A stretch of 64,000 nt of DNA. Origin: Lachnospiraceae bacterium. Its GTDB lineage: Bacteria; Bacillota_I; Bacilli_A; RFN20; CAG-826. Location of the stretch: assembly GCA_963654425.1 (NCBI GenBank), contig CAVKAR010000003.1, forward strand, positions 7,372-71,371, read 5' to 3'. Below are positions 38,415 to 47,629 of this stretch, piece by piece. The notes below the pieces were generated by a model. It had not been told where the DNA came from and searched no databases. It was given only the letters and a program-made list of their open reading frames with translations. Both the position numbers and the translations under genes were made by a program. The number at the start of each line of letters is the position of its first letter. The stretch's first letter is position 1.

Positions 38415-38755
38415 CAAAATCCGGCTCGGGCGATGGCTGCTTCTTGATGAAGTAGAGGAAAGTCCATGCTCGCACGGCCTGTGATGGCCGTAGTGATTGC
38501 GCTAGGGGAATGAATAACCCTAGGTACGCGGGAGCGCGTAACGGCGGAATGGCTCTCAAGCAGATGCCTTTCCCTAAGGTGCCACAGAGACGAGCTTGGC
38601 GGCGACGCCAAGATGAAACGAGGTAAACCCCACAAGCGAGAAACTCAAATTTGGTAGAGGAAGAAGAGAAGCCCAAACGAAGGCAACTCTTCCAGGGAAA
38701 CCTGAGATTAATATTCGCCCTCGACAAAACATGGCTTATAGAGCCGGATACTCAT
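38415..38755 (+). ncRNA. rnpB: RNase P RNA (bacterial type B)
   Basis: P4 strands GAGGAAAGTCCATGCTCGCAC and ACAAAACATGGCTTATAG, GGTGCCACAGAGACGA, and a terminal P1 pairing ATCCGGCTC (38419-27) / GAGCCGGAT (38741-49). Same gpsB-rnpB adjacency as Bacillus subtilis. Ends are good to about 5 nt. Confidence 0.9.
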
Positions 38756-38768
38756 TCGGGAGAAAACA

Positions 38769-39401
38769 ATGAACATTCCTACAAAAATCACCGTCTCGAG
38801 AATAGCTTTGATCCTTTCCTTGCTCGTTTTTCTTTTGGTTTTGAATTATATCCCGAATCTTCCGATCGTTTATATTGGCGATGAGAAACTTGGCATAAGC
38901 CTTTATTATCTAATTTCCGTCGTTGTGTTTTTGCTTGCCTCCTTCACTGATTTCTTGGATGGGTATTTGGCAAGAAAGTGGAATCAAGTGACTGATTTGG
39001 GCAAATTTCTCGATCCTGTCGCTGACAAATTGCTCGTTGATTCAGCCCTTATTTATCTCATTGTCCCACATTTCGTTGAATCGACTTTGACGATCTCGAT
39101 TTTCTGCGTGATTGTCATGATCGGGCGCGATTTGGTCGTCGATGCGATGCGTTTCATCGCGGCTGGCAAAGGGAAAGTGCTTGCCGCCAATATTTTCGGG
39201 AAGATAAAAACCGTTCTTCAAATGATCGCTATTGCCCTTATTTTCTTAAATGGATGGCCTTTTTCTTATTTCGACGCCTCTTGGGGCCCGTGGCGAATCG
39301 CGAATATCTTCATGTATTTGGCGACTTTAGCCTCATTCATGAGCGGCCTTATCTACGTGATTCAGAATATTTGGGTTTTCAAGGAAGAAACGAAAAAATA
39401 A
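38769..39401 (+). CDS. pgsA: CDP-diacylglycerol--glycerol-3-phosphate 3-phosphatidyltransferase
   Basis: CDP-alcohol phosphatidyltransferase motif DFLDGYLARKWNQVTDLGKFLDPVADK. Confidence 0.9.
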   Translation: MNIPTKITVSRIALILSLLVFLLVLNYIPNLPIVYIGDEKLGISLYYLISVVVFLLASFTDFLDGYLARKWNQVTDLGKFLDPVADKLLVDSALIYLIVPHFVESTLTISIFCVIVMIGRDLVVDAMRFIAAGKGKVLAANIFGKIKTVLQMIAIALIFLNGWPFSYFDASWGPWRIANIFMYLATLASFMSGLIYVIQNIWVFKEETKK

Positions 39402-39461
39402 AAATTAGTCATGTTTTTGAAAAAAGGCGATAAAGCGTCTATATATGGATGGAGGTAATCT

Positions 39462-40472
39462 ATGGCAGAGAAAAAAGATGAGGCTTTGGCAGAAGCGCTT
39501 CGGAGCATCGAGAAAGTATACGGAAAAGGCTCCGTTATGCGCTTAGGGGACCATCCGAAAGTCGATGTCGATGTGATACCGAGCGGCAGTTTGGTCTTGA
39601 ATCAGGCTTTAGGCGTCGGCGGATACCCACGCGGAAGAATCGTTGAGATATATGGCCCAGAAAGCAGCGGCAAAACGACTCTTGCCCTTGAAGCGGTGGC
39701 AGAAGCCCAAAAGAAGGGCGGCAGGGCCGCTTATGTCGATGCGGAGCACGCGATTGACCCGACTTACGCCGAAAAATTAGGCGTTAACATCGATGAGCTC
39801 ATTCTTTCTCAGCCCGATAGCGGTGAGCAAGCTTTGGAAATTGTCGAGATGCTGGCCCAAAGCGGGGCCATCGATATCATTATCGTCGATTCGGTGGCAG
39901 CTCTTGTGCCCCAAGCCGAACTCGACGGGGTGATGAGCGATAATCAGGTCGGCTTGCAAGCCCGTCTCATGTCGAAAGCCATGAGAAAACTCGCCGGCGT
40001 TTTGGATAGAACCGGATGCTTGGTCATCTTCATCAACCAAATTCGCGAAAAAGTCGGCGTGATGTATGGCAACCCCGAGACCACCACGGGTGGCAGAGCG
40101 CTTAAATTCTACGCGACGATCCGCCTTGATATAAGGCGCGCCGATGTCATAAAAAACGGCAAGGATATCATCGGCAATACCGTAAAGGTAAAAGTCGTCA
40201 AAAACAAGGTGGCTCCGCCTTTCAAAACCTGCGTGATTGAAATGATATACGGTCAAGGATTTACCCGCGAAGGCGAGATCCTTGAACTCGGGACGCAACT
40301 TGGCCTTCTCCAGAAAACCGGGAGCTGGTTCGTCTATAACGGAGAGAAAATCGGCAACGGCAAAGATGCGGCATCCTCATATTTGAAGGAACATCCGCAA
40401 GTGGCAGATGCTCTAGATGAGGCGATAAAGGAGAAACTGAAAAAAGGCGAAGGTCTCGAATCAGACGATTGA
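39462..40472 (+). CDS. recA: Recombinase RecA
   Basis: Walker [30 protein letters not shown], and RecA-typical L1/L2 regions. Confidence 0.97.
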   Translation: MAEKKDEALAEALRSIEKVYGKGSVMRLGDHPKVDVDVIPSGSLVLNQALGVGGYPRGRIVEIYGPESSGKTTLALEAVAEAQKKGGRAAYVDAEHAIDPTYAEKLGVNIDELILSQPDSGEQALEIVEMLAQSGAIDIIIVDSVAALVPQAELDGVMSDNQVGLQARLMSKAMRKLAGVLDRTGCLVIFINQIREKVGVMYGNPETTTGGRALKFYATIRLDIRRADVIKNGKDIIGNTVKVKVVKNKVAPPFKTCVIEMIYGQGFTREGEILELGTQLGLLQKTGSWFVYNGEKIGNGKDAASSYLKEHPQVADALDEAIKEKLKKGEGLESDD

Positions 40473-40552
40473 ACCAATTGGCCATGAGTAAAAAACTTGT
40501 GGCCTTTTTTGACGTTTTTTTGGCCTGTGTTTGCTTTTTCTTCTATCTTATA

Positions 40553-40581
40553 TAGTCACTTTGGTTTGGACTTGCTAAAAT
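40553..40581 (+). promoter_or_regulatory. Candidate promoter of rny (extended -10)
   Basis: TAGTCA (40553-58), 17 nt spacer including TG (40573-74), then TAAAAT (40576-81). This implies a ~130-nt 5' UTR. Confidence 0.4.
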
Positions 40582-40716
40582 ATGGCCGTACCTCAATAGG
40601 TACTCACACCATAGATTGGTTGTTGATTGTCTTATCGGCTTTGGCCGTGCTATACAGGAACATATCATCTTATTTTTGGAGCGAGCCCCTATTCGGACAA
40701 TATTTAGGAGATTTTT

Positions 40717-42318
40717 ATGATTGCCGATTTGATCGTTTTAGCGGAAGCAAATGGCCCATCTTGGTGGGTTTGGCTCATCGTTTCCATTTGCTGCGCTTTT
40801 ATCGGAGCTGGCGTGGTTATTCTTCTTCACCATCTGCTTCCGAAATTCAAAAAGAAGAGTGCCGATGCGCAAGCTAAGCAGATTTTGCGTGACGCTGAAA
40901 TCAAAGCTGAAAGAATCGCGAAGAACGCTGAGCTTGACGCCAAGCAAACCGCTTTTGAGGCAAAGCAGCAAGCCCAGCAGGAAATTCGCGAGATGAAGGC
41001 CGAAAGCCTCGCTGAGCAAAGCAAGCTCGATGCAAGGGAAGAGTCCATCAACCGTCGCGATAACCAGCTTCTTCAGAAAGAGACTGAGCTTGATAAACGC
41101 AACGATAATTTGACCAAAAAGATGGCTGAATGCGACAAGAAGATGGCTGAATACGATGCAAAAATCGATTCAATCATCAAGGAACTTGAGAAAGTCTCAG
41201 GCATGTCCACGAAAGAGGCGCATGATGAAATCATGGCGCGCGTTGAAAGCAAGATGAGCAGCGAAATTGCCGCCTACATCAAAAATCAGGAAGACGAAGC
41301 CAAAGAAAGCGCTCAGCAAAAGAGCGCCGAGATCCTCTCTCTTGCCTGCGCCAAATACGCACAAGAAGTCACAACGGAAAGAACCGTTTCCGTCGTCTCT
41401 CTCCCGAATGATGATATGAAAGGCAGGATCATTGGGCGCGAAGGGAGAAACATCCGTATTATCGAGCAAACCCTTGGCGTGGATATCGTCATTGATGATA
41501 CGCCAGAGGTAATCACCGTTTCTTGCTTCGATCCGATCAGACGCGAAATCGCCAAACGCACTCTGGAATTCCTCGTCAAGGATGGAAGAATTCAGCCAGG
41601 GCGCATCGAAGAAGTCGCCGCTCGCTGCAAACGCGATCTTGAGGCTGAGACGCAAAAAGCCGGAGAAGAGGCTGCTTTCAGACTCGGATTACCGAAGATC
41701 AATCGTGAGCTTTTAGGGTATTTAGGAAAACTAAAATATCGTACTTCTTATGGGCAAAACGGTTTGGATCATTCTCTTGAAGTTGCTTATCTATGCGGAA
41801 TAATGGCTGCCGAATTGGGTCAAAACCAATTATTGGCTCGTAGGGCTGGCTTATTGCATGATATCGGCAAAGCCGTCGATTTCGAGCAAGAGGGGAGCCA
41901 TGTTCAGCTTGGCGTTCAGCTTGCCAAAAAATATGGGGAGCCAGAGGTGGTCATCAATTCTATCGCCTCTCACCATGGAGACGTGGAAGCGACAAGCGTC
42001 ATCGCTCATTTAGTGGCTGCCGCCGATACTTTGAGTGCCGCTCGCCCAGGAGCTAGAAGCGAGACTTTGGAGACCTACGTCAAACGCGTTGAGCAACTCG
42101 AAAGCATCGCCAAATCTTTCGAAGGGGTGCAACAGGCCTTCGCCATGCAAGCTGGCAGAGAAGTCCGCGTCATGGTTATGCCAGAGAAAGTCGATGACGC
42201 CATGGCCACGAAAATGGCTCTTGAGATTCGCGAGAAAATCGAGAACGAGGCCGTTTATCCTGGAACCGTCAAGGTAAGCGTTATCCGCGAATACAAAGTT
42301 GTCGAAACCGCGAAGTAG
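40717..42318 (+). CDS. rny: Ribonuclease Y
   Basis: N-terminal TM, a coiled coil rich in AKQ/E repeats, a KH domain (GRIIGREGRNIR) and an HD domain (LLHDIGKA). Confidence 0.95.
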   Translation: MIADLIVLAEANGPSWWVWLIVSICCAFIGAGVVILLHHLLPKFKKKSADAQAKQILRDAEIKAERIAKNAELDAKQTAFEAKQQAQQEIREMKAESLAEQSKLDAREESINRRDNQLLQKETELDKRNDNLTKKMAECDKKMAEYDAKIDSIIKELEKVSGMSTKEAHDEIMARVESKMSSEIAAYIKNQEDEAKESAQQKSAEILSLACAKYAQEVTTERTVSVVSLPNDDMKGRIIGREGRNIRIIEQTLGVDIVIDDTPEVITVSCFDPIRREIAKRTLEFLVKDGRIQPGRIEEVAARCKRDLEAETQKAGEEAAFRLGLPKINRELLGYLGKLKYRTSYGQNGLDHSLEVAYLCGIMAAELGQNQLLARRAGLLHDIGKAVDFEQEGSHVQLGVQLAKKYGEPEVVINSIASHHGDVEATSVIAHLVAAADTLSAARPGARSETLETYVKRVEQLESIAKSFEGVQQAFAMQAGREVRVMVMPEKVDDAMATKMALEIREKIENEAVYPGTVKVSVIREYKVVETAK

Positions 42319-42320
42319 GG

Positions 42321-43106
42321 ATGAAAATAATCTTTCTCGGAGACATTGTTGGTGAACTTGGAAGGTCCGCTTTGAAGCGGGCCCTTCCTTTTCTTAAGCG
42401 CAAATACGACCCGGATTTCATTATCGCGAACGGTGAAAATGCCTCACATGGGAAAGGGCTTACCGAATCTCATTATCGCTTTTTGCTCGATCTTGGGATT
42501 GACTGCATCACGCTTGGCAATCACTACCGCGACAAAGCTGCAATCGATGATTACATCGACGATGCCGACAATTTGCTGAGGCCGCTTAATCTTATTGGCT
42601 ACAATCACGGTGTAGGCTCAGCTTTGTTTGAAGTTGGCGATATACCAATTAGAGTCACGAACCTTCTCGGAACGGCCTTCATGAACGAAGAGGTGGTTTC
42701 TCCAATCGATAGCATGGAAGAGCTCCTTAATGATAGCGAAGATTGTATCCATATCGTCGACTACCATGCTGAGTCAACGAGCGAAAAAGAGATATTCGCC
42801 TATTATTTTGACGGGAGGGTCTCGGCCGTTATCGGCACCCATACCCATGTGCAGACTAACGATATGCGCATACTTGAAGGCGGAACGGCTTACGCCACTG
42901 ATGCCGGAATGGTCGGAGAGCTGAATTCAGTCATTGGCTTTGAAAAAGAATCCGTCATCAACAAAATCGTCTTTGGCGGGAAGAATCATTTCGAACTTTC
43001 AAGACACGGTTCAGCCATCATTAACGGTGCCTATATGGAATTTGACGATGAGACATATGCGTGTCTTAAAATAACCCCGATAAACTTGAGAGAGGATAAC
43101 TTATGA
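42321..43106 (+). CDS. ymdB: YmdB-family metallophosphoesterase (2',3'-cyclic-nucleotide phosphodiesterase)
   Basis: MKIIFLGDIVG...ANGENASHGKG...GNH...GTHTHVQTND, with the conserved rny-ymdB adjacency. Confidence 0.9.
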   Translation: MKIIFLGDIVGELGRSALKRALPFLKRKYDPDFIIANGENASHGKGLTESHYRFLLDLGIDCITLGNHYRDKAAIDDYIDDADNLLRPLNLIGYNHGVGSALFEVGDIPIRVTNLLGTAFMNEEVVSPIDSMEELLNDSEDCIHIVDYHAESTSEKEIFAYYFDGRVSAVIGTHTHVQTNDMRILEGGTAYATDAGMVGELNSVIGFEKESVINKIVFGGKNHFELSRHGSAIINGAYMEFDDETYACLKITPINLREDNL

Positions 43107-44839
43107 AATGCGATTATCGTTCCTTACCTTCGCTCCAAAACGCGAGAAATCGCCATGATAAGCCGAATCGAAAAGTCGATGATGGCACTTTTTCGCCTTC
43201 ATTGATCAAATTCGCGAAAGGCAAAAAGTTCTTCATTCGCACGTTTGGCTGCCAAGCCAATATTCGAGATGAGGAAATCATGGCCGGCTATTTGTCAAAG
43301 GCTGGCTTTATAAGGACTTATGAGCCGAAAGAAGCTGATTTGGCGATCATCAATACCTGCGCCGTCAGAGAAAACGCCGAAGACAAGGTATACGGCGAAA
43401 TAGGCTCATTCAAGGCGAACCATATCGCGAACCCTTCCTTCATGCTTTGCGTTTGCGGTTGCATGATGCAGGAAGAGAAGGTAGCGGAAAGCCTAATGAA
43501 AACCTACCCTTTCGTCTCGCTTGTTTTCGGGACGCACAACATTCCTTCCTTGCCGTCATTGTTGTCAGACGTCATAGAGAAGAAAGAACGACTCGTCGAT
43601 GTCGCCTCTTTCACTGGCGATGTCGTTGAAGGCTTGCCATCCGTTCGCTTGAATGATTCGGAGGCTTTCGTGAATATCTCTTATGGCTGCGATAAGTTCT
43701 GCACTTATTGCATTGTCCCTTATACAAGAGGAAAAGAGAGGAGCCGCGTCAAAGAAGATGTTGTCCAAGAATGCAAGGCGCTTGTGGAGGAAGGATATAA
43801 GCAAATCACTCTCTTAGGGCAGAACGTCAATAGTTACGGGCTTGATTTAAAAGACGGCACAACCTTCGCCTCTTTGCTTGAGGATGTTGCAAAATTAGGG
43901 ATTCCGCGGCTTCGCTTTCTGACCTCCTACCCATCCCAATTCACGGACGATACGATTGATGTAATGGCTAAATACCCCAATATCATGAAGTGGCTTCATT
44001 TCCCGGTTCAAAGCGGAAGCAGCTCCTGCTTGAAACGAATGGGAAGGCGATATACGCGTGAAGAATATTTGGCTATTGTGAAAAAAATCCGCGCAAAAAT
44101 GCCATCAATCGCATTAACGACAGACATAATCGTTGGCTTCCCGAATGAAACCGACGAAGAATTCGATGATACGATTTCTTTGTGCGAAGAGGTTTCGTAT
44201 AGCTCGGCCTTCACTTTCATATATTCTCCGCGCAAAGGGACACCGGCTGCCGCGATTATCGATAAAACAAGCGATGAGAAAAAACATGAGCGCTTCAATA
44301 GGCTCAAAAAAGTCATCGAGGAATCGACCGCCCGTCACAGCGAAGCGATGGTCGGCGGGACTTACGATGTCTTGGTGAGCGGAGAAAGCAAAAAGGACGC
44401 AAGCGTCTTGAGTGGCTACTGCGAAAACGGCAAGCTCGTCAATTTCAAAGGCCCAGCATATCTAAAAGGCGCGATCGTGCCAGTGAAAATTAAAGAATCA
44501 CATGCCTATAGCCTCATGGGCGAACTTGTTGGCGATCCGCTTTTATTGAAGGCCAAAGACGTTGCTTATCTTTTATCTTGCGACCCACTGCTTAAGGAAT
44601 TCGAAACATTGATCGAAAAGGCAGGGAGCAACGAGATCAAAGAGCTCGGCGAGGAGTACATTAAGCGCAAAAAAGCTTTGGCGGAATCAATCGGCGATGA
44701 AGCAAAACACGCCGCCGCGAAAAAGAGCTACGAGGAAATCGCAACGAGAATAAAGGAAAATCCCATTTTGGCGAATATCGATAGTTTATCCCCGCTTGTG
44801 GAAAGCGAGCTTCTACGCATCAAAGGCATCCTTCAATGA
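43103..44839 (+). CDS. miaB: tRNA-2-methylthio-N6-dimethylallyladenosine synthase MiaB with a C-terminal YmcA/YlbF-like extension
   Basis: UPF0004 domain (TFGCQAN...NTCAVRE), radical-SAM CDKFCTYC, and a TRAM domain ending ...HAYSLMGELV. An extra 102 aa (44531-44836) follows, resembling the Com_YlbF/YmcA helical family. Confidence 0.85.
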   Translation: MKCDYRSLPSLQNARNRHDKPNRKVDDGTFSPSLIKFAKGKKFFIRTFGCQANIRDEEIMAGYLSKAGFIRTYEPKEADLAIINTCAVRENAEDKVYGEIGSFKANHIANPSFMLCVCGCMMQEEKVAESLMKTYPFVSLVFGTHNIPSLPSLLSDVIEKKERLVDVASFTGDVVEGLPSVRLNDSEAFVNISYGCDKFCTYCIVPYTRGKERSRVKEDVVQECKALVEEGYKQITLLGQNVNSYGLDLKDGTTFASLLEDVAKLGIPRLRFLTSYPSQFTDDTIDVMAKYPNIMKWLHFPVQSGSSSCLKRMGRRYTREEYLAIVKKIRAKMPSIALTTDIIVGFPNETDEEFDDTISLCEEVSYSSAFTFIYSPRKGTPAAAIIDKTSDEKKHERFNRLKKVIEESTARHSEAMVGGTYDVLVSGESKKDASVLSGYCENGKLVNFKGPAYLKGAIVPVKIKESHAYSLMGELVGDPLLLKAKDVAYLLSCDPLLKEFETLIEKAGSNEIKELGEEYIKRKKALAESIGDEAKHAAAKKSYEEIATRIKENPILANIDSLSPLVESELLRIKGILQ

Positions 44840-45708
44840 TAATTGTTTTGCTAGGCCCAACGGGCAGCGGGAAAAGCGCGCTGTCTTTGCCTCTCGCCAA
44901 AGCGATCGGAGGAGAGATTATCAACGCAGATGCTTTTCAAGCGTATAAGGGGCTCGAAATAGCGACCGCTTCACCTTCGAAAGAGGATAAAGCGGTCGTC
45001 AAGCATCATTTATTCAATTATGTGCCGCTTGATGAAGAATATAACATCTCCCGTTATCAAACTGATGCAAGAAAAGCGATAAGCGAAGTGCAAAAGCGCG
45101 GCAAAACGCCGATTTTGGTTGGCGGAAGCGGTCTATATATCCGAAGCGCTCTCTTCGATTACGATTTAAGCATTGACACAAGTAATGTAGATCTCTCTTC
45201 TTATGAAGGGCTAAGCGACGACGCTCTTCATGAAGCATTGGCAAACCTGGATGCTGAAGAAGCGAAAAAGATCCATCCGCATAACCGAAGAAGGGTTCTT
45301 CGCTCCATCGCCATTTGCTTAGCCGCGGGAGAGAGCAAGACTTCTTTGCTGGCCAAACAAAACCATGAGCCTATTTTCCCGACCCGGTTTTTCCATTTAT
45401 CGATGGATAGGGGGCTCCTTTATCCACGCGTCGAAGAAAGAGTCGAAGATATGTTTGACAAGGGATTAATCGAAGAGACATTGCCCCTTATCGAGAAATA
45501 CGGCCGCTCGGCTCCCGCTTTCAAGGCTATAGGGGTGAAGGAGCTTTTTCCATATATCGATCGAAAAGCTACTTTGGAAGAAACGAAAAAGGCCATCAAA
45601 GACAACACAAGGCATTACATAAGGCGACAAGAGACTTTTTTCGCTCATCAATTTCTTTGCGAAGATATTTCATCGCTCGAGGAAATAATCTCAAAACTAG
45701 GAAAATAA
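44836..45708 (+). CDS. miaA: tRNA dimethylallyltransferase MiaA
   Basis: P-loop LLGPTGSGKSAL, INADAFQAYKGLEIATA, and ILVGGSGLY. Confidence 0.95.
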   Translation: MIIVLLGPTGSGKSALSLPLAKAIGGEIINADAFQAYKGLEIATASPSKEDKAVVKHHLFNYVPLDEEYNISRYQTDARKAISEVQKRGKTPILVGGSGLYIRSALFDYDLSIDTSNVDLSSYEGLSDDALHEALANLDAEEAKKIHPHNRRRVLRSIAICLAAGESKTSLLAKQNHEPIFPTRFFHLSMDRGLLYPRVEERVEDMFDKGLIEETLPLIEKYGRSAPAFKAIGVKELFPYIDRKATLEETKKAIKDNTRHYIRRQETFFAHQFLCEDISSLEEIISKLGK

Positions 45709-45750
45709 AGCCGAACGCTCTATCATAGCGGTAGCAAAAAGGAGGGGAAT

Positions 45751-47367
45751 ATGTCACTCCAAAAAATTAATGAAATAGCTCGTAAGGCAGGCATCGACGA
45801 AAATTTCGTTGAGCCATATGGCTTCTACAAAGCCAAAATTAACCCCTCTATCAATGAGTCGCTTAAGGATAAAGACGACGGCAAATTGATTTTAGTGACC
45901 GCCATATCGCCAACAAAAGCAGGCGAGGGGAAAACGACAACCTCGATTGCTTTAGCCGATGGGTTCGCTCGTATCAACGAAAAAGCCCTTTTGTGTTTGA
46001 GAGAGCCGGCTTTAGGGCCTGTTTTCGGCATCAAAGGAGGGGCGACGGGCGGAGGGAAATCCACAGTGGAGCCACAAGAAGAAATCAATCTTCATTTCAC
46101 TGGCGATATGCATGCCTTGACTAGCTCGATTAACCTTATTTCAGCGATTATCGACAATTCGATATTTCAAGGCAATCCGCTAAATATCAACCCAAGCAAA
46201 GTCACATGGACTAGGGCCATCGATATGAATGATCGGGCTTTGCGGGAAGTCACGGTCGCGGAAGGCGAGAAGAACGGAACGCCGAGAAAAGACGGATTCA
46301 CGATTACGGTCGCAAGCGAACTAATGGCGATTTTCTGCCTTGCTAAGGACGAGGATGATTTTTGTAGGCGCTTAAAGCGAATCATCGTTGCTTATACTTA
46401 CGACGATAAACCAGTTACGGTTGAGGATTTAAAAATAAGCCATGCCGTCATGCGCCTCATGAAAGAGGCTTTAAAGCCGAATTTGGTCCAGACCTCCGAG
46501 AATAACCCTGTCCTCATCCATGGCGGGCCATTTGCGAATATCGCTCATGGGTGCAATAGCCTCATCGCCACCAAAATGGCTCTGAAATTATCCCCTATCG
46601 TCATAACGGAAGCCGGATTCGCTGCGGATTTGGGAGCGGAAAAATTTTTCGATATCGTCTGTAGAGCCGGTGAAATTCACCCATCTTTGTGCGTTGTAGT
46701 CGCTTCGATCAGGGCGCTTAAGCTCAATGGCGGCATGCTTTTTGAGAATCTGGACGAATGCGATCTTGAAGCCTTGAAGAAAGGAATTGCCAACCTTGAG
46801 GCGCATTTAACGAATGTCGCGAAATTCAAAGTCCCCGCGATTGTCGCCATAAATCATTTTGCCTCCGATGACCCTCTTGAAATCGCTTATCTAGAAAAGT
46901 GGTGCGCTGATCGCAACTACCAGTACAGTTTCCTCGATTCTTATGCCAAAGGAGGGGAAGGCGCGATTGATTTGGCGAAAAAATGCCTTGATTCGCTTAA
47001 TGAAAGCAAGAGCCAGTTTACCGCGATTTACTCTTTGAACGACCCGCTAAAAGTGAAAATAGAGACCATCTGCAAAGAGATTTACCATGCTGGCGACGTC
47101 CTTTATAGCGAGCAGGCAAATAAGGAAATCGAACGTTATGAGAAAATGGGCTTCTCCAATAGTTATATTTGCATGGCGAAAACACCGAATTCGTTCTCTG
47201 ACGATCCTTCTTTATTAGGGGCCCCAAGCGGTTTTGCCATCCATGTGCGCGATGTCAAGCTTGCCGCTGGCAGCAATTTCGTGATTCCCTTGACGGGCAA
47301 AGTGATGACGATGCCTGGTCTGCCAAAAGTTCCAGCCGCCGTTAAAATGGAGGATGAGCCGTGGTGA
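45751..47367 (+). CDS. fhs: Formate--tetrahydrofolate ligase
   Basis: PTKAGEGKTTTSIAL, EPALGPVFGIKGGATGGG, and FANIAHGCNS. Confidence 0.95.
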   Translation: MSLQKINEIARKAGIDENFVEPYGFYKAKINPSINESLKDKDDGKLILVTAISPTKAGEGKTTTSIALADGFARINEKALLCLREPALGPVFGIKGGATGGGKSTVEPQEEINLHFTGDMHALTSSINLISAIIDNSIFQGNPLNINPSKVTWTRAIDMNDRALREVTVAEGEKNGTPRKDGFTITVASELMAIFCLAKDEDDFCRRLKRIIVAYTYDDKPVTVEDLKISHAVMRLMKEALKPNLVQTSENNPVLIHGGPFANIAHGCNSLIATKMALKLSPIVITEAGFAADLGAEKFFDIVCRAGEIHPSLCVVVASIRALKLNGGMLFENLDECDLEALKKGIANLEAHLTNVAKFKVPAIVAINHFASDDPLEIAYLEKWCADRNYQYSFLDSYAKGGEGAIDLAKKCLDSLNESKSQFTAIYSLNDPLKVKIETICKEIYHAGDVLYSEQANKEIERYEKMGFSNSYICMAKTPNSFSDDPSLLGAPSGFAIHVRDVKLAAGSNFVIPLTGKVMTMPGLPKVPAAVKMEDEPW

Positions 47368-47576
47368 GCGGATATGGCCTATACGATGTCATCGAGATGA
47401 AAAAGACGCACCCTTGTTCAAAAAAGGGGCGGCAGTTTCAGATCGTGATGGTCGGTGCCGATATCAAAATTCGCTGTTTAGCGTGCGGCAACTTGATCCT
47501 AATGACGCGTGATAAGTTCAACCAAAGCATCAAAAAAGTCATTTCCAAAAACGAAGGGCCGATAAAAATAGACTGA
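47361..47576 (+). CDS. DUF951-family small protein (YyzM-like)
   Basis: YDVIEMKKTHPCSKKGRQFQIVMVGADIKIRCLACGNLILMTRDKF matches the DUF951 pattern. GTG start overlapping the fhs stop. Confidence 0.75.
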   Translation: MVSGYGLYDVIEMKKTHPCSKKGRQFQIVMVGADIKIRCLACGNLILMTRDKFNQSIKKVISKNEGPIKID

Positions 47577-47595
47577 CTTTTGGCAAAAAACCGTT

Positions 47596-47629
47596 ATCCC
47601 TCCTAGAAATTAGTAGGAGGGATTTTCCT
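47596..47629 (+). terminator. 10-bp perfect hairpin after DUF951 that contains the SD of the next gene
   Basis: ATCCCTCCTA (47596-605) / TAGGAGGGAT (47614-23) with an 8-nt loop, followed by TTTCCT. The 3' arm is the AGGAGGG SD of the ABC gene. Confidence 0.6.

Noticed and set aside
40497-40877. A 126-aa hydrophobic ORF (TTG start) in the recA-rny spacer that runs into rny.
   Set aside because: It has no SD, starts within the recA terminator region, and overlaps the genuine RNase Y N-terminus out of frame. The spacer is better explained as the rny promoter plus a ~130-nt 5' UTR.
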